NCBI GenBank assembly: GCA_050084515.1
Contig: CM114271.1
Coordinates: 12,896,001-12,960,000 of the forward strand
Length of the DNA stretch: 64,000 nucleotides
Origin: Blasia pusilla
Lineage: Eukaryota
Direction of reading: 5' to 3'
In this document: positions 12,159 to 24,573 of the stretch, piece after piece
How positions within the stretch are numbered: the stretch's first letter is position 1
How the letters are laid out: every line of letters begins with the position of its first letter
Notes under the pieces: generated by a model
Databases searched by the model: none
Seen by the model: the letters and a program-made list of their open reading frames with translations, nothing else
What the model was told of the DNA's origin: nothing
Translations under genes and position numbers: made by a program

Positions 12159-13639
12159 ATGGATAACTTGTGTTGCAGATTGAGTATATGCAAATTGAAG
12201 TTTCCGAAGCAGAAAAAAACACTTCATCCATCTCGTTGTCAATCACAAACTACATATTGGATGGATTAACTAGAAGTGCCAGGAAGTGTGAAGATTAAAA
12301 GCATGATAACTAGCAGTTTTTCAAGCATGTTCCTAAAAGCATGGAGTTGATGAGGAATGAATCTAGAAGTGGTGAGACCAGGGGGGTGGCTATAACAGTA
12401 AAAGTGATGTATTTTGATAGAATCTGTCGGGCAGTGACTAACTTCAGGATTCAAAGAAGATGGTGAGTAAACTCTGAAGATTTTTGCTAAGGGCTGAGAT
12501 ACATAGAATAGGAAGTGTTTGTGAAGGAGAGTGTTATGAGAGAAAAGCTCGGCTGCTCGGCTCTCCTTCGTTCACTTACCTCTGGTGAGTGCTCTCTCCG
12601 GTGTCGTTCGCCCACCTCTGCTCGGCTTCCTCTCTCTCTGCTCCCGTTTGTGCTTACATGTGGGCAGTTGATTCAAAGCTTATATATATTTAGGCATGCT
12701 GCATCCTTTGTATCTGTGGAAGTCACTTGCTTAGTCATTTTGATTTGCTAAATCACTCTGAATTACTAGCAAGTAAATTCGTGCAGAAGCATTTAGGGTC
12801 CTAAAGTGAGGGATAAGTCAGAAATGTAGAATTAGTTGTTTAGGGTCAAAAGTGTATTGAGGCAGACAGTCTACAGTAAACCCCTGTTCCGGCCGAAGGC
12901 CATAGACAATCTACAGAGTAATGGTGGTACTTCCGCCCCACCTCAATTGATAGCTTGTACCATGAAATCGTACAGTAATTGTGCTCAGCCTTTTTATATT
13001 TAGACAGGATATAGACATCATCTTGTGATGGCAAGTGTCATCATAAAATGTTAAAACTCAATCAGGACTCGTTTGGAAGATAGTGTGGGGTAAAGGCATA
13101 GGCTGCTATTAACTTCAAGTCCTTTCTCACACGTGCTTATGTGTGCGCAGTTGATTAATTCAACCTCTAAATCCAACTGTGTCTGGAGCGAGGTATAGCT
13201 ACCACCTTTTGTTGTTTTCAATCCAAATGTGGTTGGAATTGCTATGTGCCTGATTATTTTTGGTTGTGGATATGTTTGAGTGTGCTGGGATTCTACAGGC
13301 TTCTGCTCAGAATAAAGGCAATCAAAATTTTCCTAGACATTCTTGTCAATCATTCTGATGTGCTTGCAGATCAATTATCCTACCATTCTAGCATTAAAGT
13401 CACTCTGATTTGCTAGCAGGTAAACGAATTCGGCGGGTAAATGATGCTACCCTTCCTTCCTTCCATCCATCAACACGATTTGCTTTGCTTATGCTCGAGC
13501 ATCGAGACTTGAGAAACGATGGATCGATTCCATGAAACATCATCTCTGGGCAGTAATTTTTTGACATGATTCTTCTTGAATTTCGTCTTATTTCGAGGAT
13601 TCTCAGAAGCTTGTTGAATTCTGCTTGTTTTTGGTGTTG

Positions 13640-16600
13640 TGTAGGGTTGAAGGTCATCAGTAACATTGCAAGTCCACCATCAACAGTTACATTTTTTGAG
13701 GCAGTAGGGGCGGTAGGTTTAAAGCCACCAAGGATCAACACATTAGGGCCATGTCGGGTCAGCCGATGTTTTTAGATGTCAAGGGGTTGCGGTTGTTGGG
13801 AATTCACGTTAACAAACCTGAAAACGTGACTGGTCTTCTATCAGGGAACCAGGGCAATCTTCAGACATGGATCAACCCCATAGTACATAGCAGTTCTAGT
13901 TCAGATTTTTTTCTAGCTGATATTGTGTGCAAGCGCTTGCATCCTCACTCCAGAATGTATTTGGATGAGTGGATTGTCTTAAGGTTTCCGTTGGAAACTT
14001 ATAAGCGTCTAGAACAGGCAGCGATACATGCTGGATTTAATGTTGCATTTTCACCCAAGGCCCGGTTGGTGGGGGACCATGTATGGTTAGACTCTTACTT
14101 CCAGAAGAAGGGACAGACTGAATTTCTAGTGGTGGAAAACCAGGGAGGTAAGATTAATGTTGTCCGAATTAAGGACATAAAACATTTGATGGGGGCATCC
14201 AAACAGAACATGCTTGCCAAGATTGTTTGTACAATCCGGTTAAAGAGGAGAGTGTCCACCTCTGAGGAGAAGGAACCTATTCCTTGGGTTATCGGAGTTA
14301 CTCCTAAAATTATCTACCTTATTGACCAGACTGATGTGGATGACAAAGCACCGATTGGGAATGAGCACATTTCAGATTTTTCCGAAGTACTGAGTTCCAT
14401 GGCCCTTCTGAATTTAGCCCGGGGTATTTCTCGGCACCTTGTTTCCTTCTGGAATTTTTTGTTTTACGGAGTTTAGCGTGATTACATTTACGATATTTAC
14501 ATGGTACACCTGAATTCCTCATGCATGTATGTTGTTCCCCGTTGGCACGGCTAACCAATTCGAGTCCTTGTCGTCTTGTGTTTCGCAGGTAGTGGGGGCT
14601 CCTCAAAGACCTTGACCACGTGGGCCATGTTAGGTTGAGGGTAGAAGTAGGTTTTCTTATGTTTGTGGCCTTGACATATTTACATATTTCGGATTGCTGG
14701 GATGTTCATACAGATTCTTAGTGTGTCTGTATGAAGTAGACATTCTGTCAACTTTTCAGATATAGTATACCTGGTGATAAAACCAGGAATTCCTGCTTTT
14801 GGCTATAGTATTATAGCCAAAACCTAGAATTTTCTAGGGATGGAATTTGAGGATATGTATCCTACAAATTTTGGTAGGAGCTTCGGGGTATGGATGCGAG
14901 AGGAATTCTGAATCTACATTCTAGATACTGAATTCTATTTTACATTTTTTGCTTATATTTTTAGAAGTATGTTTTTAAATTCCAGCTTTAAATTCCAGCT
15001 ATGCTTGTATATGTTGGTGCGTAGGCATGTGAGTGAGAACTCGTTGTGGATACACTCCAGGTTGAAGCCCAACCAGCAAACATGTTTGTTGCATTTAGGG
15101 GCAAGAGTGTAGGTTCTCCAGAGAAACCAGCCGCACAAACCTCTCTTTGGCGAGACCCGGTCGAGTGGGTTCATTGTTGCTACTCAGAGGAGCATAAGCA
15201 ATTCGTGTGCCTGTGCTCCAAGTGCATCAAGTACTTTCGTGGGCCAGAAACTTTTAACTCACACATTGCATCACATTGGTTGAGGCCGGTGCCTGGAACA
15301 CCAAGGGCGAGTGGTAAGAAGAAGGTGGAAGCAGACAACGATCAAGACGACATGGAGGATGAAGATGATGGTAAGGGTGTAGGAAGTGAACTTTCATACG
15401 CAGTTAGTGAGATGGTAGCAACGCTTGGTGTATGTGCTTTATGATAGCCAAACTTCATTCATTTATGTTCCGCCTTGTGCAGGGAACCAGGCTACCCCAT
15501 CTGCAGCCAACTTGCGTCTACGAGGCACCGTGCAGCAACGCGGAGCTCATCGCAGAAAACAGAAGAAGGCTGCTCTCTTCAGTAAAGCGAAGGAGCATTC
15601 CAAATGGGCAGCGGGCCCGTTTGTACCTATGCCCATTTTGCCAAATCTTTTGATTGCTTTTGAGGGCTATAGGACAGAAGAACACGGTCATACCTCATGG
15701 GCAGGTTTAGCTAGGATACATGAGTATGAGAAGGTCCGAGAGGAGTTAGAGGATGCCCTTGTGTGCCCTACCACCACTGTGAGGGGATGGATTGAGTCGG
15801 GCCGTAGGCTTCTCCCTTCTACTATCCCTATAGATAGAGTTCAGCGTTCCACCTACTGGAGATGCATGGACGCTTTCCATCATCTAGCCGCGGTGTGGAT
15901 CATGGACAGACAAGAACCGTATCGATGGGATGTTGGACCCGAAACCAGGCAGCATCAAGTTGAACATTCCCTGCTTGTTCTAGATGAAATGCGCCGAGCA
16001 CAAAGGCATGCATGGTACATCAATGAGGAGTACTACCTCCCACGCTTCAAGTTTAACTACAAGATTTGGAAAGAGAAGAGTAAACCTAGCATTCTTGCCA
16101 AGTTCAGGGACAAAGTCTCTTGCATGTATGTGGATGGAGTCGGCTGCTCCCTTGCTGATGCGGTTGTCCGGGTATAGTGCTGCTTCATTTCATGCAAATT
16201 TCTCAGTATGAATTGTTGAAGAGTTGTGAGTTCATGATTTCCCATTGTATCCCTTGTAATTCCGCATTGTCTCTAACAACTTCTAGATGTGCAGGGTGGC
16301 CTGGATGTGGAAATCATAGATTCCAGTGACTCTGACTATAGTGATACACATCTCCCAAGTCCCCAACCCACCACGCATAGTACCGGGCGCCATGTGATAC
16401 AGGAAGAGCAGGCGCCAAGTGAGGGTGGTGAGGAGGGTATTGCGGGAGATCATGTCGAGCAGAGTGAGGAGGATACTATTTTGATTCAGATGCGGAGGAG
16501 ACCAGTGACGCTTTGGACACGTAACGTGCGTGGTGAAAAGCTGTAGAAGCAAGGTAAGGGTGCGGTAGGATCTCAGAAATCCCGCCGACTGAACCCGGAA

Positions 16601-17100
16601 GTTGACGTCAAACGGGGTGAATCTAGCCCGGTCATGGATAGTCATGGGCCAGGTGATGAAGGCCCAATTGAAGACTCGCATACCCCTGATGAAGTGGGCT
16701 TGCAGGCGGATCCACAAATCATGGAAAGAGCACCCAAGGGCATGACTAAAGAAGAAAAAGCCCGAAGGAGCAGGATGATGATGGCTTCACAACAGGTGTC
16801 TTGCATTCTACTCAATTCTGTCGATGACATTTTTTTATTGTATGTCCTCGGACCATCTCCAGTAATTGTGCTTGTGTGGATATGTTGTAATGTGTTCAAA
16901 ACCCTGCAGATGGGACTCTGAAGGACCGGGGCACAAGCCGTGAAGACCCTTTGGTCTTACCTTCGCAGGAAGGTATTGAAGGGATTAGTGCCGACAAATT
17001 TCAGGCCACACCTTTACCCGAGTTCTGCACTCCAACATTACGGCCTCTGGATGGCATGTCTCCAAGTCCTTGACTACCACGGGGGATGACATTTTGGTGA
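13640..17100 (+). pseudogene. Multi-exon MULE cargo/accessory gene of unknown function with a C2H2 zinc finger, convergent with the transposase
   Basis: Plus-strand ORF blocks 13751-14476, 15046-15428, 15483-~16110 and 16294-16795 are separated by GT...AG intron-like segments (e.g. TTG|GTATG 15429 to GTGCAG|G 15482). CSKCIKYFRGPETFNSHIASH at 15214-15276 fits C-x2-C-x3-F-x5-hydrophobic-x2-H-x3-H. Acidic and basic stretches are present, with a few stops and frameshifts. The exon model is approximate. Confidence 0.6.
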
Positions 17101-18209
17101 GTGTGTAGATGTATCATGCGATTATACTGTTATGATTATCCTTTCATCTGGTGATTCGCATTTAATCTCTCAGATCTGTGTGTGGGGTGCCATTGGAGAG
17201 GTTGCTGTATATTTTGCGCCCTTGTCATACTTTTTGATGTGTTTCCTTGGCGATTATGACGACATACCTTTGGACCACTCGCAAGTAATGTGTCACTTTT
17301 CTCTTTGGTCTTACTTTCCCTAGTGTCAATTCTTTACAAATGTGTTGTGTATATGACGGTTACTACTATCTGAACATGCTTCTGTAGCGTATGTGTGTGC
17401 AGGTGACTTTGTGCAGAAAGTTTCAAGCATTTTGGCGGGACTTCATATCATCATATTTTGCGGATGTTTAGGACTTAGTTCATGATCAGGGCGATTCCTT
17501 AGAATAAGTATAGGAGAGTTCCTACGTGGCACGTAGGTTGTGAAGTTCTGTCTTGCTGCTTTGGACGAACCAGAAACGGGCAGATTTCTGTTCTTAATGT
17601 CTCTACTTATGGTTCTTCTATTTTGTTCAGGTGCAATGCATGCCGTTTGGTGTATCGCTTCTAGGGCACATTTTCCCTTTCCATTTTGTGTGTTATGAAG
17701 GTCTATCCAAGAAGGTCATGTTACCTTAGGTGGGCTATAGGTCATGGTCTGCTGAACTATTGTGGACGAAATGGTATGGACCAAAAGGATACCATTTTCA
17801 ATCAAATTAAACATACAACTTGCAGAGCTATTCTTGATTTTTGTCCCTAAGATTGTACTCTTGAATGATACCTAAACAAATTCCTCCTTACCTTATTCTG
17901 ATGTGTCTTACATGTTATGAATGATTACATGTGCTTCCACTTGTAATTGGTGGTAAACTTTGTAATCCACAATGGATCGATGTATGAACACCAGGCTTGT
18001 CGATTCCTGAATTTCCAAGAAAGTAAAGCACTCATGTGTAATCAGCTCATGAATAGATAGAGTCCATGACACCCTGTTCAAAAATAAAAGATAAGTGTTC
18101 GAAACACTCCGAGCAAATACAAGTTTAGTGGTCATAAATGCAGTGACACGAAAAATGTATGAACAGCGAAATGTAGGTGTTCATTCATGAACACCTCAAA
18201 GGCTGTGTT

Positions 18210-19733
18210 TCAAGGGCATTCGCTTCTTGTCAACCGCACCTGTAACCGTTTGCCTTTTAGCAAGACGCTCAACCTCAATGGTCGGCGTCTTAACTCCACC
18301 TCATACGCATCTAGGAATGTATTCCCCAAAACTCCGTCAATGCCGTCCATTTCGCATACAGTGAAATTCTCCTTCAACTCGAATACCCCGCATCCTACTG
18401 TCAAACCCAAGACCATATCAGAAGTCCGATGAGACTTGCCTCCTGCAAATCCCACTCGAATGGGCTCGTCTGCCTTAGAGGTAGACAGCCCCAGTTCCTT
18501 CACGATTCTCGGGCTTAGGAAGGAGTGCGAAGCACCTGTATCCACGAGCAACAACACATCGCGATCAGCAATCTTGGATCTTAGGTACACCAAATTGTGC
18601 GTCCTCTTGGTGACTTGAAGGGACGCCTCGATATCGCCCGCCAACAGATGCTTAGCAGCAAACGCAATCATACTCCCATTACTAACCTTCGGTTTCGAAC
18701 ACCCTTTCGACAGGTGCCCCGGTTCACCACACTTGTAGCATACGACCTTGCCGTTTCCTGTCTTTGAGTGTTGTCCTCCTTTCGGCTTCGCATGAAGTTC
18801 CACTCGTTTTGCTGCCGAGGCAGACGACTCTCCTGGTTCGTGCTGGCCCCCACTCCAGCCTCTTTTGAACACCTCCTTATTTTTTGACTTCTTCGAAAAA
18901 ACTTTTGACTCGAAGGGTTTCTGGGTTTGGACCTCATCGTCCCCAATCCGCTCCGCTAGCTTCAGAAGGTCCGCGCAGGTCTCTGGCAACGTCGGCATTC
19001 GGTAAAGGGCCTTTTCAGCGCTTGGCTTGAGTCCACTAATGAAGATAGCCTTCTTCGCGTGCTCATCCATCTTCGGACTCGAAGTCAGTTTCGCACTAAA
19101 CTCCCTCACATACGCGCTTAAGGAACCACTCTGCCGCATCCGCACACATTCCATCGTGTCACGCAACCCTTGATACTCCGGAGTGAACCGATCCCCAATC
19201 AACTCCTTGAACTCCTCCCAACTCAAAGGTGACTCGCCGCCCAGATATTCCTCTCGTTGAGCTGTCCACCATTGTAGAGCATGATCCTTCAGGAAAGTAA
19301 CGGCTACCGTCACCTTGTTCTCCTCAGTAGCCCTCTGCGCCTCGAAGTACAGTTCCAGTTCCGTAAGGAAATCCTTCACTTTTCGCTAGCGCCCCACTCT
19401 CGTGAATGGCGTGGGCAGGTTCGTCTTGCAGAGCTTTTTGCCCGCACCCGGGTTTCGAGTGGCCTCTAACTCTGCAATCCGCTTTCTTTGCTGGGACATC
19501 TGCTCCACCAACACCTTCAACAAGTCCAACGTCTGGCTCGACTCCGTCCTTTCCTATGAGTTTGGGCCCACCGGCCCCGCGGAAGGAGTCGCCTCTGGAA
19601 CGTCCTCACGACTGGCGTTCAGCTCTTCGGGAGTCTCCGTCTCCACCATAGCTTCACGGTCCGGCATTGGTTCCTCTCTTTGTTCACGTTGCTTGATTCG
19701 GCGCTTCTTGGGTTGTTCTCCCTCGATCGCCAT
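18210..19733 (-). pseudogene. Retrotransposon gag + aspartic protease
   Basis: Gag FLKDHALQWW and VRMRQSGSLSAYVREF; zinc knuckle CYKCGEPGHLSKGC; protease LVDTGASHSF...DGVLGNTFL. In-frame TAG stops near 19554 and 19386 interrupt the N-terminal part. Confidence 0.9.
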
Positions 19734-20883
19734 TTCCAAGCCAACTCACTCAGATCTCCTCCTCGTTTCTTGCGTCCCTCCTCGAGCGTCCGAGTCTAGC
19801 CGCTACCTTGAAATTTCCCAAGCGTCCGGATGATCCCACGACCCCAAGTTCTCGCTCACCAACGATTAGCTCTGATACCACTTGTCGCGCCCCTACTCTC
19901 ATTGAACGTCAATCTTTAGTGTTGCGGAAGCGTACGTTCAGTAGGTCACGAACTCATCGCCGATCTGCACCCAAACATGCACTCGTTAGTCGGGTGCAGG
20001 CCAACGGCGTTCCAACCCACGAGTCCTCGACTCGGCGTCTCATCAAGCTCAACCTTCCTTAGTTCCTAGCTTCCAAAACATGGTAAGTCCTTCAAGACTT
20101 GGAACAGACTTTCTGGTTAGTCAAGGATCTGAAAACGGCACTTGCTGGCGCCTAGCGATCCCAAGCATTCAACGGTCCTCGGGTGAGTTCCGAACCGAGA
20201 CCCAAGTAATTGAGTCGCGGGGTGGAATCCAAGAGGGATGTCTAAAATCGCCTCACTGGACTTGGTGCAGGTTTTCCAACCCAACCCCCAAACTCGCGTT
20301 CCGTTCCATGCCCTTGAGCCGCCCCGCGGCGCCCAAAGTGGGGTTTGGGTTCCAAGCACTCTCGGAGATCTTCCCCCTTACTAGTACTTCTGGGGTTCTC
20401 CAATAACCCCTCCCCTTTGGGAAAAGAGGGTCGGGCCCTTCATTGTGGCCCTCAACCCGACTCCACTTACAGTCGTTTTTGGGTTGTATCTCGGCCGCTG
20501 CTTATGCGTTTGCAGCGATCTTTAGTGCGTTTGGACCAGCTCTCTATAAGCTTTCCAACGGACCCTTATTTGCTCCAAACGCATCTTGGCGCTAAAAGTT
20601 ATGGCCATAAATACAGTCGGAAACTCTCAAAGGCTAGTGGCGTTCCTAATCCGGATCTTCCTTTTGGCAACCCACTTCCTAGACTCGACTTCTTTCAAGT
20701 CTCATTCCGCGTTTGGTCCATGTTTCTCAGTCGCGACCATAACACCTGAAACGCGACTCCTCGTTCGCATCTCGTATCTTGTCTCCTCTTTGAGACAACT
20801 CCAACGCGCAAACCATCTTAGCGTGAGCCCGCTAATGTTCCGATGTTCCGCTTGGCACTTGTTTGGTCATGAGGGTCGCGACA
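18210..20883 (-). mobile_element. 3'-truncated Ty3/gypsy LTR retrotransposon nested in the MULE transposase (5' LTR, PBS, gag, protease)
   Basis: LTR at 19883-20883 with TGTCGCG...CGCGACA termini. tRNA-iMet PBS TGGTATCAGAGC immediately internal (minus strand, 19869-19880). No RT/integrase or second LTR is seen. Confidence 0.88.
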
Positions 20884-23606
20884 CTAAAGGGTTCAGGGAA
20901 GTGTTGTCCAATGTTCATTAAATTTTCTGGAAGTTCTGTGTTCATCTCTATCCACGCCTTCAGGTTCAGAAGTGAGTCCATATCCTTCTGCAAAAGTACA
21001 TACAAATGTTCAAGAAGAACATTGCAGAATGGGACTCCAATGGTTGTGGCCAAGCATTTTTCCACCATCTCTCGAACATCTTCCTGAGTTGTTGCTTGTG
21101 ATACAACTGTAGGAGTAGTAGCTTGCACCTCTTCTGGATAACCAACACCGTAAGACAAGTCGATTCCTTTGGGTGTGTCTCCATGTTGCTCCTGTGCATG
21201 CCTTTGCACCATGTTTTCCAACCCACCAGCTTTGCTACCAAAACGTGTGCCAAGGAAAGACAACAACTTTACTTCAGAGTGCCCACTCAATAGTAAGCAC
21301 TTCACCTGATACAATTAAAAAAGTCTCAGAAAGCTGCATGTAAAATCCTCGTACATCTAGTGCAGGAATAAGACATACTTAATATATAGGATTGTTTGAT
21401 TTCAGGTGGGACTATAGCTTGGTCACCAAATCCGGGGTGCAAAAAACACACCTGATGTTTGCACGTGAATCCTTCATTGGCACGAGAGCATGTACAAGCA
21501 ACATCTTTCTTTTCGTAGTCAACCACATCATGCCAATAGTCGGGCTTGGAGCAACTCTTCACCATTGCGCATTTCCTCCCATCTACCAATTGAAATGTGA
21601 CATGGCTCTCTGGGATATCATTTTCCCTTCTAATAGCCATGAGAATGACTTTCTGGATTGCCTTGTTCCTCACCATTCCCTCTCGTTTCAAAAATCCCAA
21701 GTACCAAAAGAAATCTTCTATTTCCCCGCATAAGATCTGCACAAGCCATATGAGCTTCTTGGTGGGTTTTGTAGGCATGCTAGAAGTGAGATGCATCTTC
21801 AGAGTGTGGTGCCACCTTTCTATCGCAGCATTTGTATCTTGGTTGGATCTTGCATGCTTACGATAGCCCTTTGCCCAAGTAACAATCTTAGGATGCCAAT
21901 AGTTTAAATAGTATTTCACAAAGTGACGTTCAGTTGCAGCCCACTTGCGCATGAAACGATACGAGACATCCAGAGGATCTGGGACAAAAAACCATTGCTT
22001 AATTAATATGAACCCTACTCCCACAACAGACAAAGATGAGAAACAATGAAACAAACTTCAATAATTGACTCGCATAGAACATACCTTCTTCACGTGAGTA
22101 CATGATACCACCCAAGTCCCTGTTCATGTCTGCTTTTGTAATTGGACAGCGGACTCGTTGGTGCAATTGCTTTAACCAATTCTTCCTTACATGCCATAGA
22201 CACAAGTCTATGGGAACATCAGGGAAGACTTCTCTGATTGCAGATTGTTCCTCTTTGGAGTCGTCAACTATGAAGCATGACGGTTTCCAACCGGGGCTAC
22301 CAATCGACGCAAAATCTCTTGTCATATATGTATCTACCCAATCCTTGATATGGGCCAATGCATCCACTAGATCCCGATGTTGATGCCTTTGTAAAATGGC
22401 CCATACTAGAGGTAATCCGTTCTGAAACTTGTCAAAACCCAGCAACGTGAATAGTTGATACTGTGAACATAGAAAAGAGTGTGTTCAGGAATCCGATTGT
22501 TCATGTACATATCTATTAAAGTGAACACAACGTTCCAAATGATACCATTTTTGCCAGATCGTGTAGCAACTGTCAAATGATACCACAGAAGTAATGTAGC
22601 CTATAAACTCCTCTAAGAGAATGACATTACAGTTCTAAGGCCCTGAAATTATCTCATATGTGTTTGTGCCATGAGTAGCATCCATGGAGATGGCTCCACC
22701 GTTACCAAGATGCAAAAGATTCTGAAGCATCCAAGATGTAGAAATGACCAAGATGAAAGGTTGGCCTAAACTTGAAATGGCCTCCCTGTAGTGTATGACA
22801 TTTTCAGGATGAGCTGCAACCCAATGTTGGATTGCAGTGGCGTCATCGGTTCCATCATACCCCCCTTCACGTCTTCGCATTGAATGCTTGATATTAAGGA
22901 TATCTTTTGGTTTTAACATAGCGTCCTTGCCCTAAGCTTGTGCCTGATTAGGATTATCGTGAATGTGTTCACGAATCCATCTCCTATGCTCTTTCATGAT
23001 ATTTAAGGGGCTCACATTCACTCGCAATAACCGTTCAACAAAATCCCTACAATGAGAACTCAACTTCGGGGCAACAATTGCATTCGCAATGTCCGCAGTC
23101 TTGTCTAAGTCCCCATGGCATATACAGCCCGCCTTATCGACATGCTTGGAATGCATATGCCTCAACATAGAACACCCAGGGCGGTCCTTTGAGGTTACAA
23201 CGGCAAAGTAAAATTGGCATCCATGTCCCTGAGACAGCCCAAGCCTTGTACTTTGGCTTTCTGGCCTACTACCCTTACCTCCCTTGCAGCGTAGGTTTGA
23301 ATCAAAAACCTCACTTGGCAGAGAGATCCACACGGTATTCCTATGATCCTGGGGTCCATATGAACACCCGTATCGAACTGTAACATGTATGTTCCCTGAT
23401 TTGTCGGTATTCCTTTTCCTAAATGTGGTCTGGAAATATGGTCTTTGTTCTTCACCATGAATGAAGTCTTCAACCCTATTTGAGGGAATCCATGCCTCTT
23501 TTCTATTGCCATACCAAATCAAATGCTCGCTCAAAAAAGGACCAGGGAGAGGGTTTTGGATAACATCGCATTCAAATGCAGCTGAATATTTCTTGAATTT
23601 CACCAT
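20884..23606 (-). pseudogene. MULE (MuDR-like) DDE transposase with SWIM zinc finger, ~4 exons, disrupted
   Basis: ISMDATHGTN (D1), FIVDDSKEE (D2), LCLWHVRKNW (CxxH), DTNAAIERWH (E) and SWIM CTCSRANEGFTCKH. Introns ~22655-22462, ~22085-21982 and ~21451-21306. Premature TAG at 22932. The last exon is cut by the LTR at 20883. Confidence 0.9.
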
Positions 23607-24541
23607 GGCTATAATATGTTCAGGGATTCAAGTGCAGGCTCCAATTAAAGTGCAGGCTTCAAGTGTGAATTCTGTCCATTCGACCTGGGCAAGACCGGAC
23701 AGTACATAAATGGAACCGAACACGAAAATTATAGTGCACATAATAATAGACATGTTTTCTTGGATTACGATCTAAGCTTTTATCTATCACCATGGCCGAA
23801 TGTGGCACCAATAGCTACTTACATGCAAATTGGCAAATGATACTCACGGACGCAAATAATCTCTTACATGAAAAAATTACGGAGTGGACCCCATCCGCCT
23901 AATCCGGCTTGAAATCCGCGGTCCGCAGCTCGTAATCAATCAAGTTAGAAGCGTTCGAGTTAGAAGTAATCAAGCTCGTAATGAAATGCTAATCCGCTCT
24001 TAATCAGCTAATCACGGTCTCCCCATACAAAGCGCTCTTCCTCGTTCCGTGTTTCTCCCCGCGCGCTCTTTGTCCGGCCACGTTCCGTCACGTAGCCCGG
24101 TCGTAATCAAATGCTAATCCGCTCGTAAGGAAATGCTAATCCCTCCGTGTTCGGTTTCTACCGCTCTTCTCCGTTCGTTCCAAAATGATCGAATCCCCTA
24201 ATTCCCGCCCTAATACCCGTCGGCAAATTCCGTCATTTCAACTAGACCGAATGTAGTCCGTTCCACGCCGTCCGTTTAGCGTCGTCCGTCTCCGGACGCT
24301 GTCCTCCCTATCCTCCGTCTCGACCTCTCCATCCGGGGCTCGAACCTAAAACATGGGCCCGACCCAGCTCGAGGTAGGCGCTACCCAACGCGCATTGATT
24401 GCCTTTCCGGGACAAACTATGGCCTTCGTGACTTGATAGGATCGATGATAGACCCATTGGGCCCTCCAACCATCCGTGCTAAGATCTTAATGCGAGAGTA
24501 TTCCACTTGTACAAACTTTACACTCTTAAGCTTATTAGGGA

Positions 24542-24573
24542 CTAGTAATTTTTTGCCCATGCGAGGCACTGGG
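24542..24573 (-). mobile_element. Putative Helitron 3' terminus
   Basis: The minus strand reads CCCAGTGCCTCGCATGGG (GC-rich hairpin), then 10 nt, then CTAG|T, which is the canonical Helitron 3' end. The 5' end was not located. Confidence 0.55.

Larger units (their letters stand above)
10643..24428 (-). mobile_element. Mutator-like (MULE) DNA transposon, 13.8 kb, with long TIRs and 8-bp TSD
   Basis: The left end CGAAGGCCATAGTTCGTCCCGGAAAGGC is the reverse complement of the right end GCCTTTCCGGGACAAACTATGGCCTTCG (1 mismatch). Similarity continues clearly for ~115 bp and patchily to ~180 bp. TGACTTGA is duplicated at 10635-10642 and 24429-24436. A transposase lies inside. Confidence 0.9.
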
